Origin: a virus
Lineage: Duplodnaviria > Caudoviricetes
DNA length: 64,000 bases
Direction: 5' to 3' (one strand)
IMG/VR virus record: IMGVR_UViG_2546826724_000006
Span: 23,029 to 87,028 of that record
Shown: in pieces, positions 1 through 9,572 of the stretch
Position numbering within the stretch: the first letter of the stretch is position 1
Layout of the letters: each line of letters opens with the position of its first letter
The notes under the pieces: generated by a model
What the model saw: the letters and a program-made list of their open reading frames with translations, nothing else
What the model was told of the DNA's origin: nothing
Database searches by the model: none
Made by a program: the position numbers and the translations under genes

Positions 1-286
1 CTCACGAGTGCCGGGAGATGCTAGCGCCGATCTACGCCGAGCGTGCCCGGATCGCTCTGATCCTCGACGCCGAGGTCTACGAGACGCCGAGCCCGGAGCA
101 GCAGGCCGAGGTCCAGGCCGCCTATCTGGCCTTCGTCGCTGAGACCAGTTCCCGAGCTGAGGGCGGCTTCGCTGGAGCGAAAGAGGCCGAAGGCAGTCAG
201 GCCCACGCCGACCGCCTCTCTGCTCTCTCCACCCTCAAACAAGCCGAAGCCAAAGCGAAATCTGAACAGACGGATGGAGTGGAAGC

Positions 287-982
287 GTGACCAACAAGCA
301 GCGTCGAGCCCTCCGTCGCGAGAAGGCCCGCGAGCGTTCGCGGAAGAAGGCCGTCAAGCGGAGTGTGGCGGTCAACATGCAGTCGGTGCGAGCCGGCGCC
401 TACATGGCCGCCAGGGAGCGCCAAGAGCGGTTTGAGGTCGATCCTACTCGCACGTGGTACGTCATCCGCACGCTGCCGCGCTGGGCGACGAAAGCTGCCG
501 AGCAGATCACCGCTTCCGGCACGCCTGTGTTTGAGGCGCGCGAGGCGATCCGGCTGGTTTCCGACATCGGCAAGGTTCGGCTGGCTCTGATCCCTGTCCT
601 GCGCCGGGTCATCTTCGTCGGCGTGCTGGATTGGCGCGAGCTGCGGCACGTGGAGAGCCATCCCGGCGTGTACGACGACGCCACGGGCTACGGCCGATCC
701 GGCGTCGTTCAGCGTCCTGGCGGCGGTCATATGGTCATCTCGGCCGAGGACCTGCAGAACTTCGCCGACTGCATCACGGGCGTCGGTGGCGACGATGATG
801 CGGCTCGCAAGGTGCTGTTTGAGATCGGCGGCAGCGTCCGTGTGAAGGACGGGCCGTTCGCCTCGTTCCAGGGCACGGTCGAGGAGCACGACGAGCGGAC
901 CGGCCGCACGAAGGTTGGCGTCGACATCTTCGGCCGGATCACGCCGATGTGGCTTGAGGAAAATGCTATCGAAGCGGCCTAG
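287..982 (+). CDS. NusG-family transcription antiterminator (phage paralog)
   Basis: NGN-like start WYVIRTLP; KOW motif VRVKDGPFASFQGTVEE; C-terminal VDIFGRITP. Confidence 0.9.
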   Translation: MTNKQRRALRREKARERSRKKAVKRSVAVNMQSVRAGAYMAARERQERFEVDPTRTWYVIRTLPRWATKAAEQITASGTPVFEAREAIRLVSDIGKVRLALIPVLRRVIFVGVLDWRELRHVESHPGVYDDATGYGRSGVVQRPGGGHMVISAEDLQNFADCITGVGGDDDAARKVLFEIGGSVRVKDGPFASFQGTVEEHDERTGRTKVGVDIFGRITPMWLEENAIEAA

Positions 983-987
983 AACGA

Positions 988-1015
988 TTGACAAAACCTA
1001 TCGTTCGTGTATCTA
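988..1015 (+). promoter_or_regulatory. Putative late promoter
   Basis: TTGACA (988-993), 16-nt spacer, TATCTA, directly after the NusG paralog. Confidence 0.55.
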
Positions 1016-1281
1016 GGCACGCAGGACACATCCGAACCGCGGCGACAGCTACGGCAGTCTGGCCCACTTCGGACCCCGGCCCACGATCAAAGGCGATCGA
1101 GGCGACAGGGTTGTTGTCTCAAAATTCCGCACTTGAGCGCCGAGCGCTCGGGCAATCAGTTCGATGCGGCCGCAGGGAGGGACCTGCTGAGAAGGCCGTA
1201 AGCCGGCCGCTACGTGCGGCGGAGTGCCGGCAGCCAGTTTCGAGTCTGGCCCGCATCGATACCCTTAGCCGGTAGCCTCTC

Positions 1282-1503
1282 ATGCCCGAGACCATCCCGG
1301 CCGACATCACGGCGGCGATCAAGAATTTCCATTCTGCGGCCCGTAGAGAGGGCGCGCTTGGAATTGGCACCCAAGCCTCAGCCGAGGCCGAGAACGCCGC
1401 CAGCGAGGCCCGTAAGCGATTGGAACGGGCAATCAGCGCTCACCTCCGCGGCTATGCCAGATTGAAGGCTGCGATGGACGCCATCACGAGCGGGGGCGCC
1501 TGA
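1282..1503 (+). CDS. Hypothetical protein
   Basis: 73-aa ORF with plausible composition at start of late operon. Confidence 0.5.
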   Translation: MPETIPADITAAIKNFHSAARREGALGIGTQASAEAENAASEARKRLERAISAHLRGYARLKAAMDAITSGGA

Positions 1504-2133
1504 CCCGTGGACTTCGACGATCTCTCCGACGTTCACCTGGACCGTGATCCCGACGACCTCCTCCCCGAGGACTGGGACGACGACACAACCGGAGAGATCG
1601 AGCTGGCCGGCATTCGGCGCCGGGTGATGGCTGAGACTGAAGGGCGGGTGTGATGGGCTGTGCGGTCACCGGAAGCGTCACCATCCACGGCCTCGGCGGT
1701 GCGACTTGGGAATTGCCCGTTGGGGTGCTTCAGGAGGTCATCACGGTCGAGAAGGTCGTCGGCAGCGTCCGCACGATCTACCGCGGCTCCATCGGCTCGC
1801 TGATTGCCCTCGGTGTGCTGACCCCGCCGGAAGTCTGACTTGGGCGACTGGCTGAATGAGCGTCCCGCTCTCTCCGGCTTCGCCATCGGCCTCACGTCGG
1901 CCGCCACTGGCCTGATTGCGATGGCCCTTCTGTGGATCTGATCTTCACCGCCGACTGGGTCTCCGGCTTTGCCTCGGGCGTGCTGCTAAGCAGCGTCATC
2001 GCCTGCTGCCTCGCGATGAGGGCTAGCCGCTGATGCCGGATCCGAAGGCTGTCCTGACCTGGCTGATGCTGCCGAGCCTGTTTGCCGCCGGCTGGATCTG
2101 CGCAGGCTTTGACCTGATGACGGGAGCGCGGAC

Positions 2134-2289
2134 ATGAGCCTCGTCACGATCCTCCTCATCATCCTGATCATCCTCGCCTTTGGTGGTGGCGGCTTCATCG
2201 GCGATGGCGCTTACCGTGGCCCTGGGTTCGGTCTCGGCGGGATCCTGCTGCTCGTGCTCATCGTCCTGTTGGTTTCCGGGAGGCTCTGA
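2134..2289 (+). CDS. Small two-TM membrane protein, DUF3309-like
   Basis: MSLVTILLIILIILAFGGGG...GFGLGGILLLVLIVLLVSGRL, read manually (not in ORF track); GGAG upstream. Confidence 0.7.
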   Translation: MSLVTILLIILIILAFGGGGFIGDGAYRGPGFGLGGILLLVLIVLLVSGRL

Positions 2290-2550
2290 TGCACCCGACC
2301 GACACGCTCCTCTCGCTGAGCCATGCTCGCATCGCCCGTGCTGCTGCCGCTGGCCCTCGCCGAGCCACACGGCCTACGCTGAACACCGATCGCCAGCATA
2401 TGGCCCGCATCGCTCAGGCTGATCCGTGGACAACCCGCCACAGCGTCGGCGCCGCCATCGTCCGCCTCAACACCCTCGCCCGTGCTGACGGCATCCTAGC
2501 CCAGCGCATCGACGCCTTGTAGGGCGGAATAAACAAACGGCAGAAATTCC

Positions 2551-2829
2551 ATGGGCGACAATCTCACTCGCCCCGGTCCTGGTCGCCCTAAGGGCTCAGT
2601 CAACAAGACGACGGCGCTTCTCAAGGATGCGATCCTTAAGGCCGCCGAGCAGGCTGGAGGCGGCGGGGAAGAGGGGCTGGTCAACTACCTGACCGCGCAG
2701 GCCTCCGAGAGCCCCGCGGCTTTCATGTCGCTTCTCGGCAAAGTGCTTCCGATGCAAGTCACCGGAGAGGACGGCGGCCCGGTCAGGGCGACTTTCTCGT
2801 TCAAGCTTGATCGGCCAGAGCAGTCGTGA
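2551..2829 (+). CDS. terS: Terminase small subunit (helper)
   Basis: GPGRPKGSVNKTT motif, ends FMSLLGKVLP; overlaps TerL start (GTGA). Confidence 0.75.
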   Translation: MGDNLTRPGPGRPKGSVNKTTALLKDAILKAAEQAGGGGEEGLVNYLTAQASESPAAFMSLLGKVLPMQVTGEDGGPVRATFSFKLDRPEQS

Positions 2830-4073
2830 ATTTCGAGTATGAGCGCCCTTGGCTGGCAGAGTACCAGCGAGAGGCGCTGTTCGGTGAGGAGCGGTACGGC
2901 GTCGTCGAGGGCTCGACGAAGTGCGGGAAGACGGCGCCCTGCCTGATCTGGCTCGCTGAGCAGTGCATGTTCGGCGGAGAAGGGCAGAACCACTGGTGGG
3001 TGGCGCCGGTCTACCCGCAGGCTGAGATCGCCTACAAGCGGATGAAGCGGGGCTTGCCCCACGACATCATCAAGACCCACGACACGGACAAGTGGATCGA
3101 ACTGCCGGGCGGCCGGCGCATGTGGTTCAAGACCGCCGAGAAGCCGAACAACCTGTATGGCGAGGACGTCTACAGCGCGGTGATCGACGAGGCCAGCCGC
3201 TGCCGCGAGGAGAGCTGGCACGCCGTCCGGTCGACACTGACGGCGACCCGTGGGCCGGTTCGGATCATCGGCAACGTCAAGGGCCGCAAGAACTGGGCGT
3301 TCGCCTTGGCTCGCAAAGCCGAGGCCGGCGCCCCTGGGATGGCCTACAAGCGGATCACGGCCTACGACGCGATCCAGGCCGGCATCCTCTCGCAGGCCGA
3401 GATTGACCAAGCCCGGTCGGATCTGCCCGAGGCGGTGTTTCGGGAGCTGTACCTCGCCGAGCCGTCCGATGATGGCGGCAACCCCTTCGGCATGAAGGCC
3501 ATCGCCGACTGTATCGGCCCGATGTCCGACGGCAAGCCGATCGCGTGGGGCTGGGATCTGGCGAAGTCGGTCGACTGGACGGTCGGCATCGCGCTGGACG
3601 CTGAAGGTCGCATCTGCCGGTTCGAGCGGTTCCAGAAGCCCTGGAACGATACGATGGATCGGATCGTCGAGGCGACCGGGTCCATTCCGGCCCTTGTTGA
3701 CAGCACGGGTGTCGGTGACCCGATCCTAGAGATGCTGCAGAAGCGCCCCGGCTCGCGGTTCGAAGGGTTCAAGTTCACCAGCGAGTCCAAGCAGCGGATT
3801 ATGGAAGGGTTGGCAGTCGCGATCCAGAAGATGGAGATCGCGATCCCCGAAGGCCCGATCCGGTCAGAGCTTGAAAACTTCGAGTACGAGTACACCCGCA
3901 CGGGTGTCCGCTACACGGCTCCGGATGGCTTCCACGACGACTGCGTGTGCGCGCTGGCGCTAGCGGTCAGTCACAAAGCCCATGCCCGGCAGCCCCTGAC
4001 GATCGACCCCGAGCTTCGCCGGCTCGCGAAGATGCCTCGGCGTGGAGGCTTCACGTTCAACCTCGGGACCTGA
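2826..4073 (+). CDS. terL: Terminase large subunit (helper)
   Basis: Walker A GSTKCGKT, Walker B VIDEAS, nuclease motifs WDLAKSVD and HDDCVCALAL. Confidence 0.95.
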   Translation: MNFEYERPWLAEYQREALFGEERYGVVEGSTKCGKTAPCLIWLAEQCMFGGEGQNHWWVAPVYPQAEIAYKRMKRGLPHDIIKTHDTDKWIELPGGRRMWFKTAEKPNNLYGEDVYSAVIDEASRCREESWHAVRSTLTATRGPVRIIGNVKGRKNWAFALARKAEAGAPGMAYKRITAYDAIQAGILSQAEIDQARSDLPEAVFRELYLAEPSDDGGNPFGMKAIADCIGPMSDGKPIAWGWDLAKSVDWTVGIALDAEGRICRFERFQKPWNDTMDRIVEATGSIPALVDSTGVGDPILEMLQKRPGSRFEGFKFTSESKQRIMEGLAVAIQKMEIAIPEGPIRSELENFEYEYTRTGVRYTAPDGFHDDCVCALALAVSHKAHARQPLTIDPELRRLAKMPRRGGFTFNLGT

Positions 4074-4075
4074 GT

Positions 4076-5707
4076 ATGACCCGAGCCCAGCGACGCAATC
4101 GAGCCAGGACCGCCGCGCAGGTAATTGGCACGGCGCAGGATACCACGCCCGAGGCCCGCAAGCCTCTCCAAATCGCGTTAGAGCTTCGTGGGCGGGCCAA
4201 GATCGGCAAGGGGCAGGGGAAGCCCGTCGATCCCTTCGCCGCCGCTCAGCATCCGCCTGGGACGACGGGTGGCTCCAATCTGGCGATGGATGAGGCGCCT
4301 GGCGTTGGGCCTTGGGCGTCGGAACTGCTCGGCGCCTACACCGGCACCTACGGCTATTTTCCCGGGTTCGCGCAGCTCGCCATTCAGGCGCAGATCCCTG
4401 AGATCCGCCGGATGGTGGAGATCATCGCGACGGAAGCCACGCGCAAGTGGATCAAGATCCAGGGTACGGGCCAGGACAAGGCTGATCAGATCAAGGCGAT
4501 TGAGGAGGCCTTCGTTGAGTTCGGGGTTCGCGACGTGTTTCGGAAGATGCTGGAATGCGACGGGTACTTCGGCCGAGGGCATATCTTCGTCGATACCGGA
4601 ACGACCGATCCGGACGAACTGAAGACCCCAATCGGCAGCGGATCCGATAAGGCCAGCCAAGCCAAGGTCGGCCGAGGCAAGCTGAAGGGGTTCAAGGTCG
4701 TCGAGGCGATGTGGGCGTACCCCAACGGGTACAACGCCACGGACCCTCTGGCTGATAATTGGTACAAGCCCACGACGTGGCTGGTGCAGGGCAAGCCGGT
4801 CCACCGGACGCGGCTGCTGACCTTCGTCGGCCGTGAAGTGCCCGACCTGCTGAAGCCGGCCTATAGCTTCGGTGGCGTGTCGCTCTCGCAGCTCGTGAAG
4901 CCCACGGTCGACAACTGGCTCCGTACCCGCCAGTCCGTGTCCGACATCGTGAACGCCTTCAGCGTCATGGTGCTGTCCACCCAGATGGGCAACACGCTCG
5001 GCGTGGCAGACACCAGTGTCGCGGATCGCGTCGAGCTGTTCAACGACCTCCGCGACAATCGCGGGGTCTGGCTCCTCAACAAGGAGACGGAGGACTTCAA
5101 GAACGTCTCGGCACCGCTCGGTGGCCTTGAGGCGCTTCAGGCTCAGTCTCAGGAGCACATGGCGGCGATCCCGGGCATCCCGCTCGTGAAGTTCTTCGGG
5201 CTTCAGCCGGCGGGGCTCAACGCTTCGTCGGACGGCGAGATGCGCTCGTTCTTCGACTGGATCGCCGCCTTCGTTGAGACCGGGCGCCCGATCATCCAGA
5301 GCATGCTCGGGTTCGTCCAGCTTCACCTGTTCGGTGAGGTCGACCCGGAAATCACCTTCGCGTTCGAGCCCCTTTGGTCCATGTCGGACAAGGAGCTTGC
5401 CGAGGTCCGGAAGATCGAGGCCGATACGGCTCTGGTCTACATTGACGCTGGCGTGCTCGACAAGGACGAGGAGCGCAAGCGGCTCGCGGATGATCCAGAG
5501 TCCACCTACCACGGTCTGGACCTGAACGCGGTCGTTGAGGAGCCGGAAGGCGAGGGTGACCTTGCCGACGTGGACGAAGGCGACGATGATGCCGGCTCGG
5601 CGGTCATGAGCCTCTTCGACCGCGCATCCGAGCAGCAGCATGATCGATCTGAGCCTGGGCGAGATGCTGGAACTCGCCCGCGAGGCCGAGCTTCAGAAGC
5701 GGCTTGA
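4076..5707 (+). CDS. Portal protein, DUF1073-type
   Basis: Follows TerL; motifs EATRKWI, IPLVKFFGLQPAGLNASSDGE, FEPLW; acidic tail. Confidence 0.9.
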   Translation: MTRAQRRNRARTAAQVIGTAQDTTPEARKPLQIALELRGRAKIGKGQGKPVDPFAAAQHPPGTTGGSNLAMDEAPGVGPWASELLGAYTGTYGYFPGFAQLAIQAQIPEIRRMVEIIATEATRKWIKIQGTGQDKADQIKAIEEAFVEFGVRDVFRKMLECDGYFGRGHIFVDTGTTDPDELKTPIGSGSDKASQAKVGRGKLKGFKVVEAMWAYPNGYNATDPLADNWYKPTTWLVQGKPVHRTRLLTFVGREVPDLLKPAYSFGGVSLSQLVKPTVDNWLRTRQSVSDIVNAFSVMVLSTQMGNTLGVADTSVADRVELFNDLRDNRGVWLLNKETEDFKNVSAPLGGLEALQAQSQEHMAAIPGIPLVKFFGLQPAGLNASSDGEMRSFFDWIAAFVETGRPIIQSMLGFVQLHLFGEVDPEITFAFEPLWSMSDKELAEVRKIEADTALVYIDAGVLDKDEERKRLADDPESTYHGLDLNAVVEEPEGEGDLADVDEGDDDAGSAVMSLFDRASEQQHDRSEPGRDAGTRPRGRASEAA

Positions 5708-5763
5708 GGCTGACGGCATAGCCCCGGTGGAGGGCAAGCCCGTCACAATGCCCGAGGATTTGC

Positions 5764-7512
5764 GTGGCAAGCTCGGTGAGGCCATTGAAGGGGAGCGGGG
5801 CGGTACTGCGCCCGATCCATCCCAGCGCCGGCCTTGAGGCCGCTTATCGCAAGCGGCTGACGGCAGCGCTGGAGGAGATGCACCGATCCATCATGTGGTG
5901 GATCAAGGCGGCTTATCGGTCGAACACGCCGCATCTGGCACAAGACGAGACGCCGGCCGAGACCCTGCGCAAGGCCATCCGCAAATTGACCCGGCGCTGG
6001 ACCTCGCGCTTCAACGTGCTGGCGGACGACCTCGCCTCGTACTTCGCCCAGGCGGTAAACGAGCGCTCAGATGCAGCGCTGAAGACGGCGCTCAAGAAGG
6101 GCGGCTTCACGGTAGAGTGGACGATGACCCGCGCCCAGCGCGACGTCGTCGGCTCGGTGGTCAACGAGAACGTCGCGCTCATCAAGAGCATCCCGCAGCG
6201 CTACCTCCAGGGTGTGGAAGGTGCTGTCATGCGGTCCGTGCAGACGGGTCGCGATCTCGGGCAACTGACCAAGGATCTGCAGGAGCAGTTCGGCGTCACG
6301 AAACGGCGAGCGGCCCTGATTTCGAGAGACCAAAATAACAAGGCGACAGCGGCGCTGACGAGAGCACGCCAGTTGGAGATTGGGGTCGAGGAGGCCGTAT
6401 GGCTGCACTCGCATGCCGGACGTTCCCCGCGCAAAGCCCATCAGGCGATGAACGGTAAGACCTACGACATTAAGAAGGGTATGTGGGACCCTGACGAAAA
6501 GGCTTACGTGCTGCCGGGGGAATTGATCAACTGCTTCCCCGGCGACACGCAGGTTGGCTTAAGCGGCAGCCCGGTTCGGGTTTGGCGTGCGCCGTTCGAA
6601 GGACCAATGGTCCACCTCGAAATCGGAGCCGATCTGCTCAAGGGTACACCTAATCACCCAGTACTCACCGCCCGTGGGTGGGTTGGCATAGGCGAGCTTA
6701 ATCGCGGCGATAAGGTCGTCTGCGTGGCGCTCCAAAACCGGAATGTGGTTCACAACAACGTAGACAAGCGAGTAGCCACATTCGCTGAGCTTTTCGAAGC
6801 GTGGTCGGCTCCATTTGGACATGTGAGCCGAGAGGGCACTGGTTTTAACTTCTACGGCGACAGGCCCAACGGCGACGTCGATGAGGTAATTGTCGGATAC
6901 GACAACCTGTTGCTCAACAGGCAGTCCCGCGGCCTTGAGGATCGCAGCGATCTCGCGCTCTCCGAAACCGATAGTGCGGTCGTCGGATTTGGTCTTAGCC
7001 GCGGTCTTCATGTTGGCTCTGCGGACTTCGCGAGCCTTGCTCACGATCAACGCCCGTCCCTCTGGACCGGCGGCGTCAAGCCGGATTTTGTTGGCATCGC
7101 TTCGGGCTCGCATGAGGCCGCGACGGTTCAGGACATCTCGGATGTTTGCGGCCGAGTGGCGGGGGAAGCCGAGCCTATCGGCAATGGCAGTAGTCCCAAG
7201 GCCGGACTCGTACAGCGGAATAATTTGGGGCGCCAAAGCCTCCCAGTCCATCCGTCTATCGGAGGCGACTCCGATCAAACGGAGCTTTTTTCCCAACTCG
7301 TCCGCAGTGCATCCGATAGCGGATGCCGCGTCTTTGAGTTTGGATCCACTCTCTACGAGTTCCGCCGCGTGACGGATAAGCGTGTCCGGGATTTTTCTGG
7401 ACATGTATTCACCATGCAAACGCTGAGTGGTTACTATAGCGTTGGCGGTGCATTTGTCCAGGCGAAAAACTGCCGGTGCGTATCGCGCGCCGTGGTCAAG
7501 GGCTTCGGCTGA
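5764..7512 (+). CDS. MuF/SPP1 gp7-like minor head protein, intein-containing (spliced about 269 aa)
   Basis: RAALISRDQNNK, WLHSHAG; conserved PGELIN-CRC motif split by a 313-aa insert. Confidence 0.9.
   Translation: MASSVRPLKGSGAVLRPIHPSAGLEAAYRKRLTAALEEMHRSIMWWIKAAYRSNTPHLAQDETPAETLRKAIRKLTRRWTSRFNVLADDLASYFAQAVNERSDAALKTALKKGGFTVEWTMTRAQRDVVGSVVNENVALIKSIPQRYLQGVEGAVMRSVQTGRDLGQLTKDLQEQFGVTKRRAALISRDQNNKATAALTRARQLEIGVEEAVWLHSHAGRSPRKAHQAMNGKTYDIKKGMWDPDEKAYVLPGELINCFPGDTQVGLSGSPVRVWRAPFEGPMVHLEIGADLLKGTPNHPVLTARGWVGIGELNRGDKVVCVALQNRNVVHNNVDKRVATFAELFEAWSAPFGHVSREGTGFNFYGDRPNGDVDEVIVGYDNLLLNRQSRGLEDRSDLALSETDSAVVGFGLSRGLHVGSADFASLAHDQRPSLWTGGVKPDFVGIASGSHEAATVQDISDVCGRVAGEAEPIGNGSSPKAGLVQRNNLGRQSLPVHPSIGGDSDQTELFSQLVRSASDSGCRVFEFGSTLYEFRRVTDKRVRDFSGHVFTMQTLSGYYSVGGAFVQAKNCRCVSRAVVKGFG
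6532..7470 (+). mobile_element. Intein (313 aa) in MuF
   Basis: Starts CFPGDTQV, block B TPNHPVLT, block F/G HVFTMQT..YYSVGG..AKN, followed by Cys+1 (CRC). Confidence 0.9.
6559..7404 (-). CDS. HTH + PD-(D/E)xK (DUF559-like) putative homing endonuclease, antisense inside the intein
   Basis: ATG 7404 with GGTGA RBS; two HTH-like segments; EREIAAIL..EQQ..YLIDVAV..VAVEVK..LSECGYSLVYV. Confidence 0.8.
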   Translation of the reverse strand: MSRKIPDTLIRHAAELVESGSKLKDAASAIGCTADELGKKLRLIGVASDRRMDWEALAPQIIPLYESGLGTTAIADRLGFPRHSAANIRDVLNRRGLMRARSDANKIRLDAAGPEGRALIVSKAREVRRANMKTAAKTKSDDRTIGFGEREIAAILKAAGLPVEQQVVVSDNYLIDVAVGPVAVEVKTSALSAHMSKWSRPRFEKLSECGYSLVYVVVNHIPVLERHADDLIAAIKLAYANPPTGGEYWVIRCTLEQIGSDFEVDHWSFERRTPNPNRAAA

Positions 7513-7546
7513 TCGCTGCAGCCGGGCATAACTCGGCTGCAACTCC

Positions 7547-9007
7547 ATGCTTCTCTCTGCCGACACAAAAGTCCGGCTCGCGCTGGATCGCGCCGCCGTG
7601 CAGGAGTCCTTCCGAACGAAGGACAACGACGGCCACCTTCATATCTCGGCCACGCCGATCTCAAAAAGTAATGTGTGTCCGTATTTCGGGCGGGAGATCA
7701 TAAACTGGCGTGCGCTCGGCTTGGATGCCGACCGAGTTTACAAGCTCTATCGCGATCCCGAAGAGCTAGAGAAGGCCGCCAGCACCTTCTCCGGCAAGCC
7801 CCTGATGATGGGGCATTGGGAGAGTGACGCAGACAACCACGACCACCTCAACACAGTCGGTGGAACGCGGGATGTCTACTGGAAGGCGCCGTACCTGATG
7901 ACGGCGCTCGATGTCTGGCCTGGGCCAGCAATCGAAAAGATTGAAAGCGAAGAAGCCGCCGAGCTTTCTGCCGCTTACCGCTATCGAGCCGACATGACGC
8001 CGGGACGAACGCCTGATGGCGAGGTCTTCGACGGAGTTATGAGGGATATCGATGGATCCCACGTAGCATTCGTGCCGCGTGGCCGAGCAGGGCGTGATGT
8101 CCGAGCCTGGGATCAAGCCCCTATTACCTTCAAGGAGTTCATAATGAACACGGCCAAGTTGTCGCCGGCCGCTGCGCAGACCCGCGGCGCTCTGGCTGTC
8201 TACCTTCGTCCCAAGCTCGCCACTGACGCGGCTATCGACTTCGACCCCGCGCTCAAGGGCGTCACCGCCAAGAACTTCAAGGCTTCGATCCCGGCCATGG
8301 TGCTCGGGGTCATGAAGGCGACCAAGGGCAAGCTCGCCCAGGACGCCGACATTGAGGACGTCGCTGAGGTGATTGAGGCGCTGGCCGAGATCCTACCGCC
8401 GGAAGCTGAAGCCGACGTGAAGGCCGCGGTTGAAGGCGCAGAAGGTGGGGAGGTCAACGACGACGCTGATGCGGCTGAAGCCTGCATTGAGATGTGCCGG
8501 AAACTCAGCCCCGAGGACCGTGAAAAGGTCATCGCTGGGTGCCAAGCCATGGGCGGTGGTGAGCAGGCCCAGGACGAGAAGGACGACGAGAAGAAGGACA
8601 AGGCCATGGACGCTGCGATGGTGCAGGCTCGCATCCGCGAGGCGACCAAGAGCATGGTCTCCAAGACCGCCATGGACGCTGAGATCGCCCGCGCCCGTGC
8701 GGACGCCATCGCGGCCACCACCGCGCACATCAACGGCATCAACGAGGCCCGCCGTCGCGTCGCTCCGTGGGTCGGCGAACTCGCCATGGACTTCGACAGC
8801 ATCGAGGCCGTGGAGCGCAAGGCCTGCGACGTGCTCGGCATCGCCCACAAGGGCAAGCACCCCGACGCCCTGATGGACATCATCTCGGCTCGTCCGAAGG
8901 CCGGTGAGCGCTCCCGTGAGGCTGCGCCCCGCACTGCCATGGATGCCGCCGCTGCCAAGAGCTTCGACGAGCGCTTCGGCACTTCCCGCATCGGTCACGC
9001 CGCCTGA
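7547..9007 (+). CDS. Prohead protease/scaffold, DUF2213-type
   Basis: ISKSNVCPYFGREI, ELSAAYRY, HVAFVPRGRAG; Ala/Asp-rich scaffold half; internal AAGGAG..ATG at 8144. Confidence 0.9.
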   Translation: MLLSADTKVRLALDRAAVQESFRTKDNDGHLHISATPISKSNVCPYFGREIINWRALGLDADRVYKLYRDPEELEKAASTFSGKPLMMGHWESDADNHDHLNTVGGTRDVYWKAPYLMTALDVWPGPAIEKIESEEAAELSAAYRYRADMTPGRTPDGEVFDGVMRDIDGSHVAFVPRGRAGRDVRAWDQAPITFKEFIMNTAKLSPAAAQTRGALAVYLRPKLATDAAIDFDPALKGVTAKNFKASIPAMVLGVMKATKGKLAQDADIEDVAEVIEALAEILPPEAEADVKAAVEGAEGGEVNDDADAAEACIEMCRKLSPEDREKVIAGCQAMGGGEQAQDEKDDEKKDKAMDAAMVQARIREATKSMVSKTAMDAEIARARADAIAATTAHINGINEARRRVAPWVGELAMDFDSIEAVERKACDVLGIAHKGKHPDALMDIISARPKAGERSREAAPRTAMDAAAAKSFDERFGTSRIGHAA

Positions 9008-9034
9008 TCGGCGCTCTGAACAGGAGACGAGACC

Positions 9035-9547
9035 ATGAGCTTCCCCACGACTGTCAATTACGCACCGGCTCCTGCCGTTGAAGGCGACTTCTGCGACAGC
9101 AACCCGCGTTCGTCTGTCGACGCCGGCCCCATGGGTCTGGTCGTCGGCTCGGGCGGCGCTGTCATCGGCCGGTGGCACTGGGCGACTGCCCCGAACGACG
9201 GCGATGGCGCGCCTGCGTCCATCACCAACTCTGGCACGGGCGCTCCCACGGGCTTCATGCACCGTGAGCAGCAGGCGCTGATCACCACCTATCTCGCCGA
9301 GTCCGGCATGACGGTGCAGCCCGGCTTCCCGGCCACGCTCATGAAGAGCGGCGGTTTCTGGGTGAAGAACCGTGGCTCGGCGCCGACTGTCGTGAACCAG
9401 AAGGTGTTCGCCAACAACACTGATGGCAGCAGCTCGACTGGTGCCGCCGGAGCCACCGTCGCGGGCGCGACCGAAACCAAGTGGTACTGCCACTCGGTCG
9501 CCGCTGTCGGCGAACTGTTCAAGATGTCCGCGCTGCCCAACGGCTAA
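9035..9547 (+). CDS. Head decoration/cement protein
   Basis: Between scaffold and capsid; APAVEGDF..NPR, GFMHREQQALITTYL. Confidence 0.8.
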   Translation: MSFPTTVNYAPAPAVEGDFCDSNPRSSVDAGPMGLVVGSGGAVIGRWHWATAPNDGDGAPASITNSGTGAPTGFMHREQQALITTYLAESGMTVQPGFPATLMKSGGFWVKNRGSAPTVVNQKVFANNTDGSSSTGAAGATVAGATETKWYCHSVAAVGELFKMSALPNG

Positions 9548-9572
9548 GCGGCAGCATAGCGGAGATATCAAC

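Noticed and set aside
4178-5641. 487-aa minus-strand ORF over the portal (likewise 8393-9574, 34298-35740, 52351-53334)
   Set aside because: Antisense shadow frames typical of high-GC3 genes with no motifs, unlike the intein antisense ORF
4076-5707. Possible anti-CBASS Acb1 label for the DUF1073 gene
   Set aside because: Position and size indicate portal; no HxT phosphoesterase domain visible
5640-5837. 65-aa ORF overlapping portal and MuF
   Set aside because: Overlaps both neighbours heavily and has no recognisable motif; unresolved
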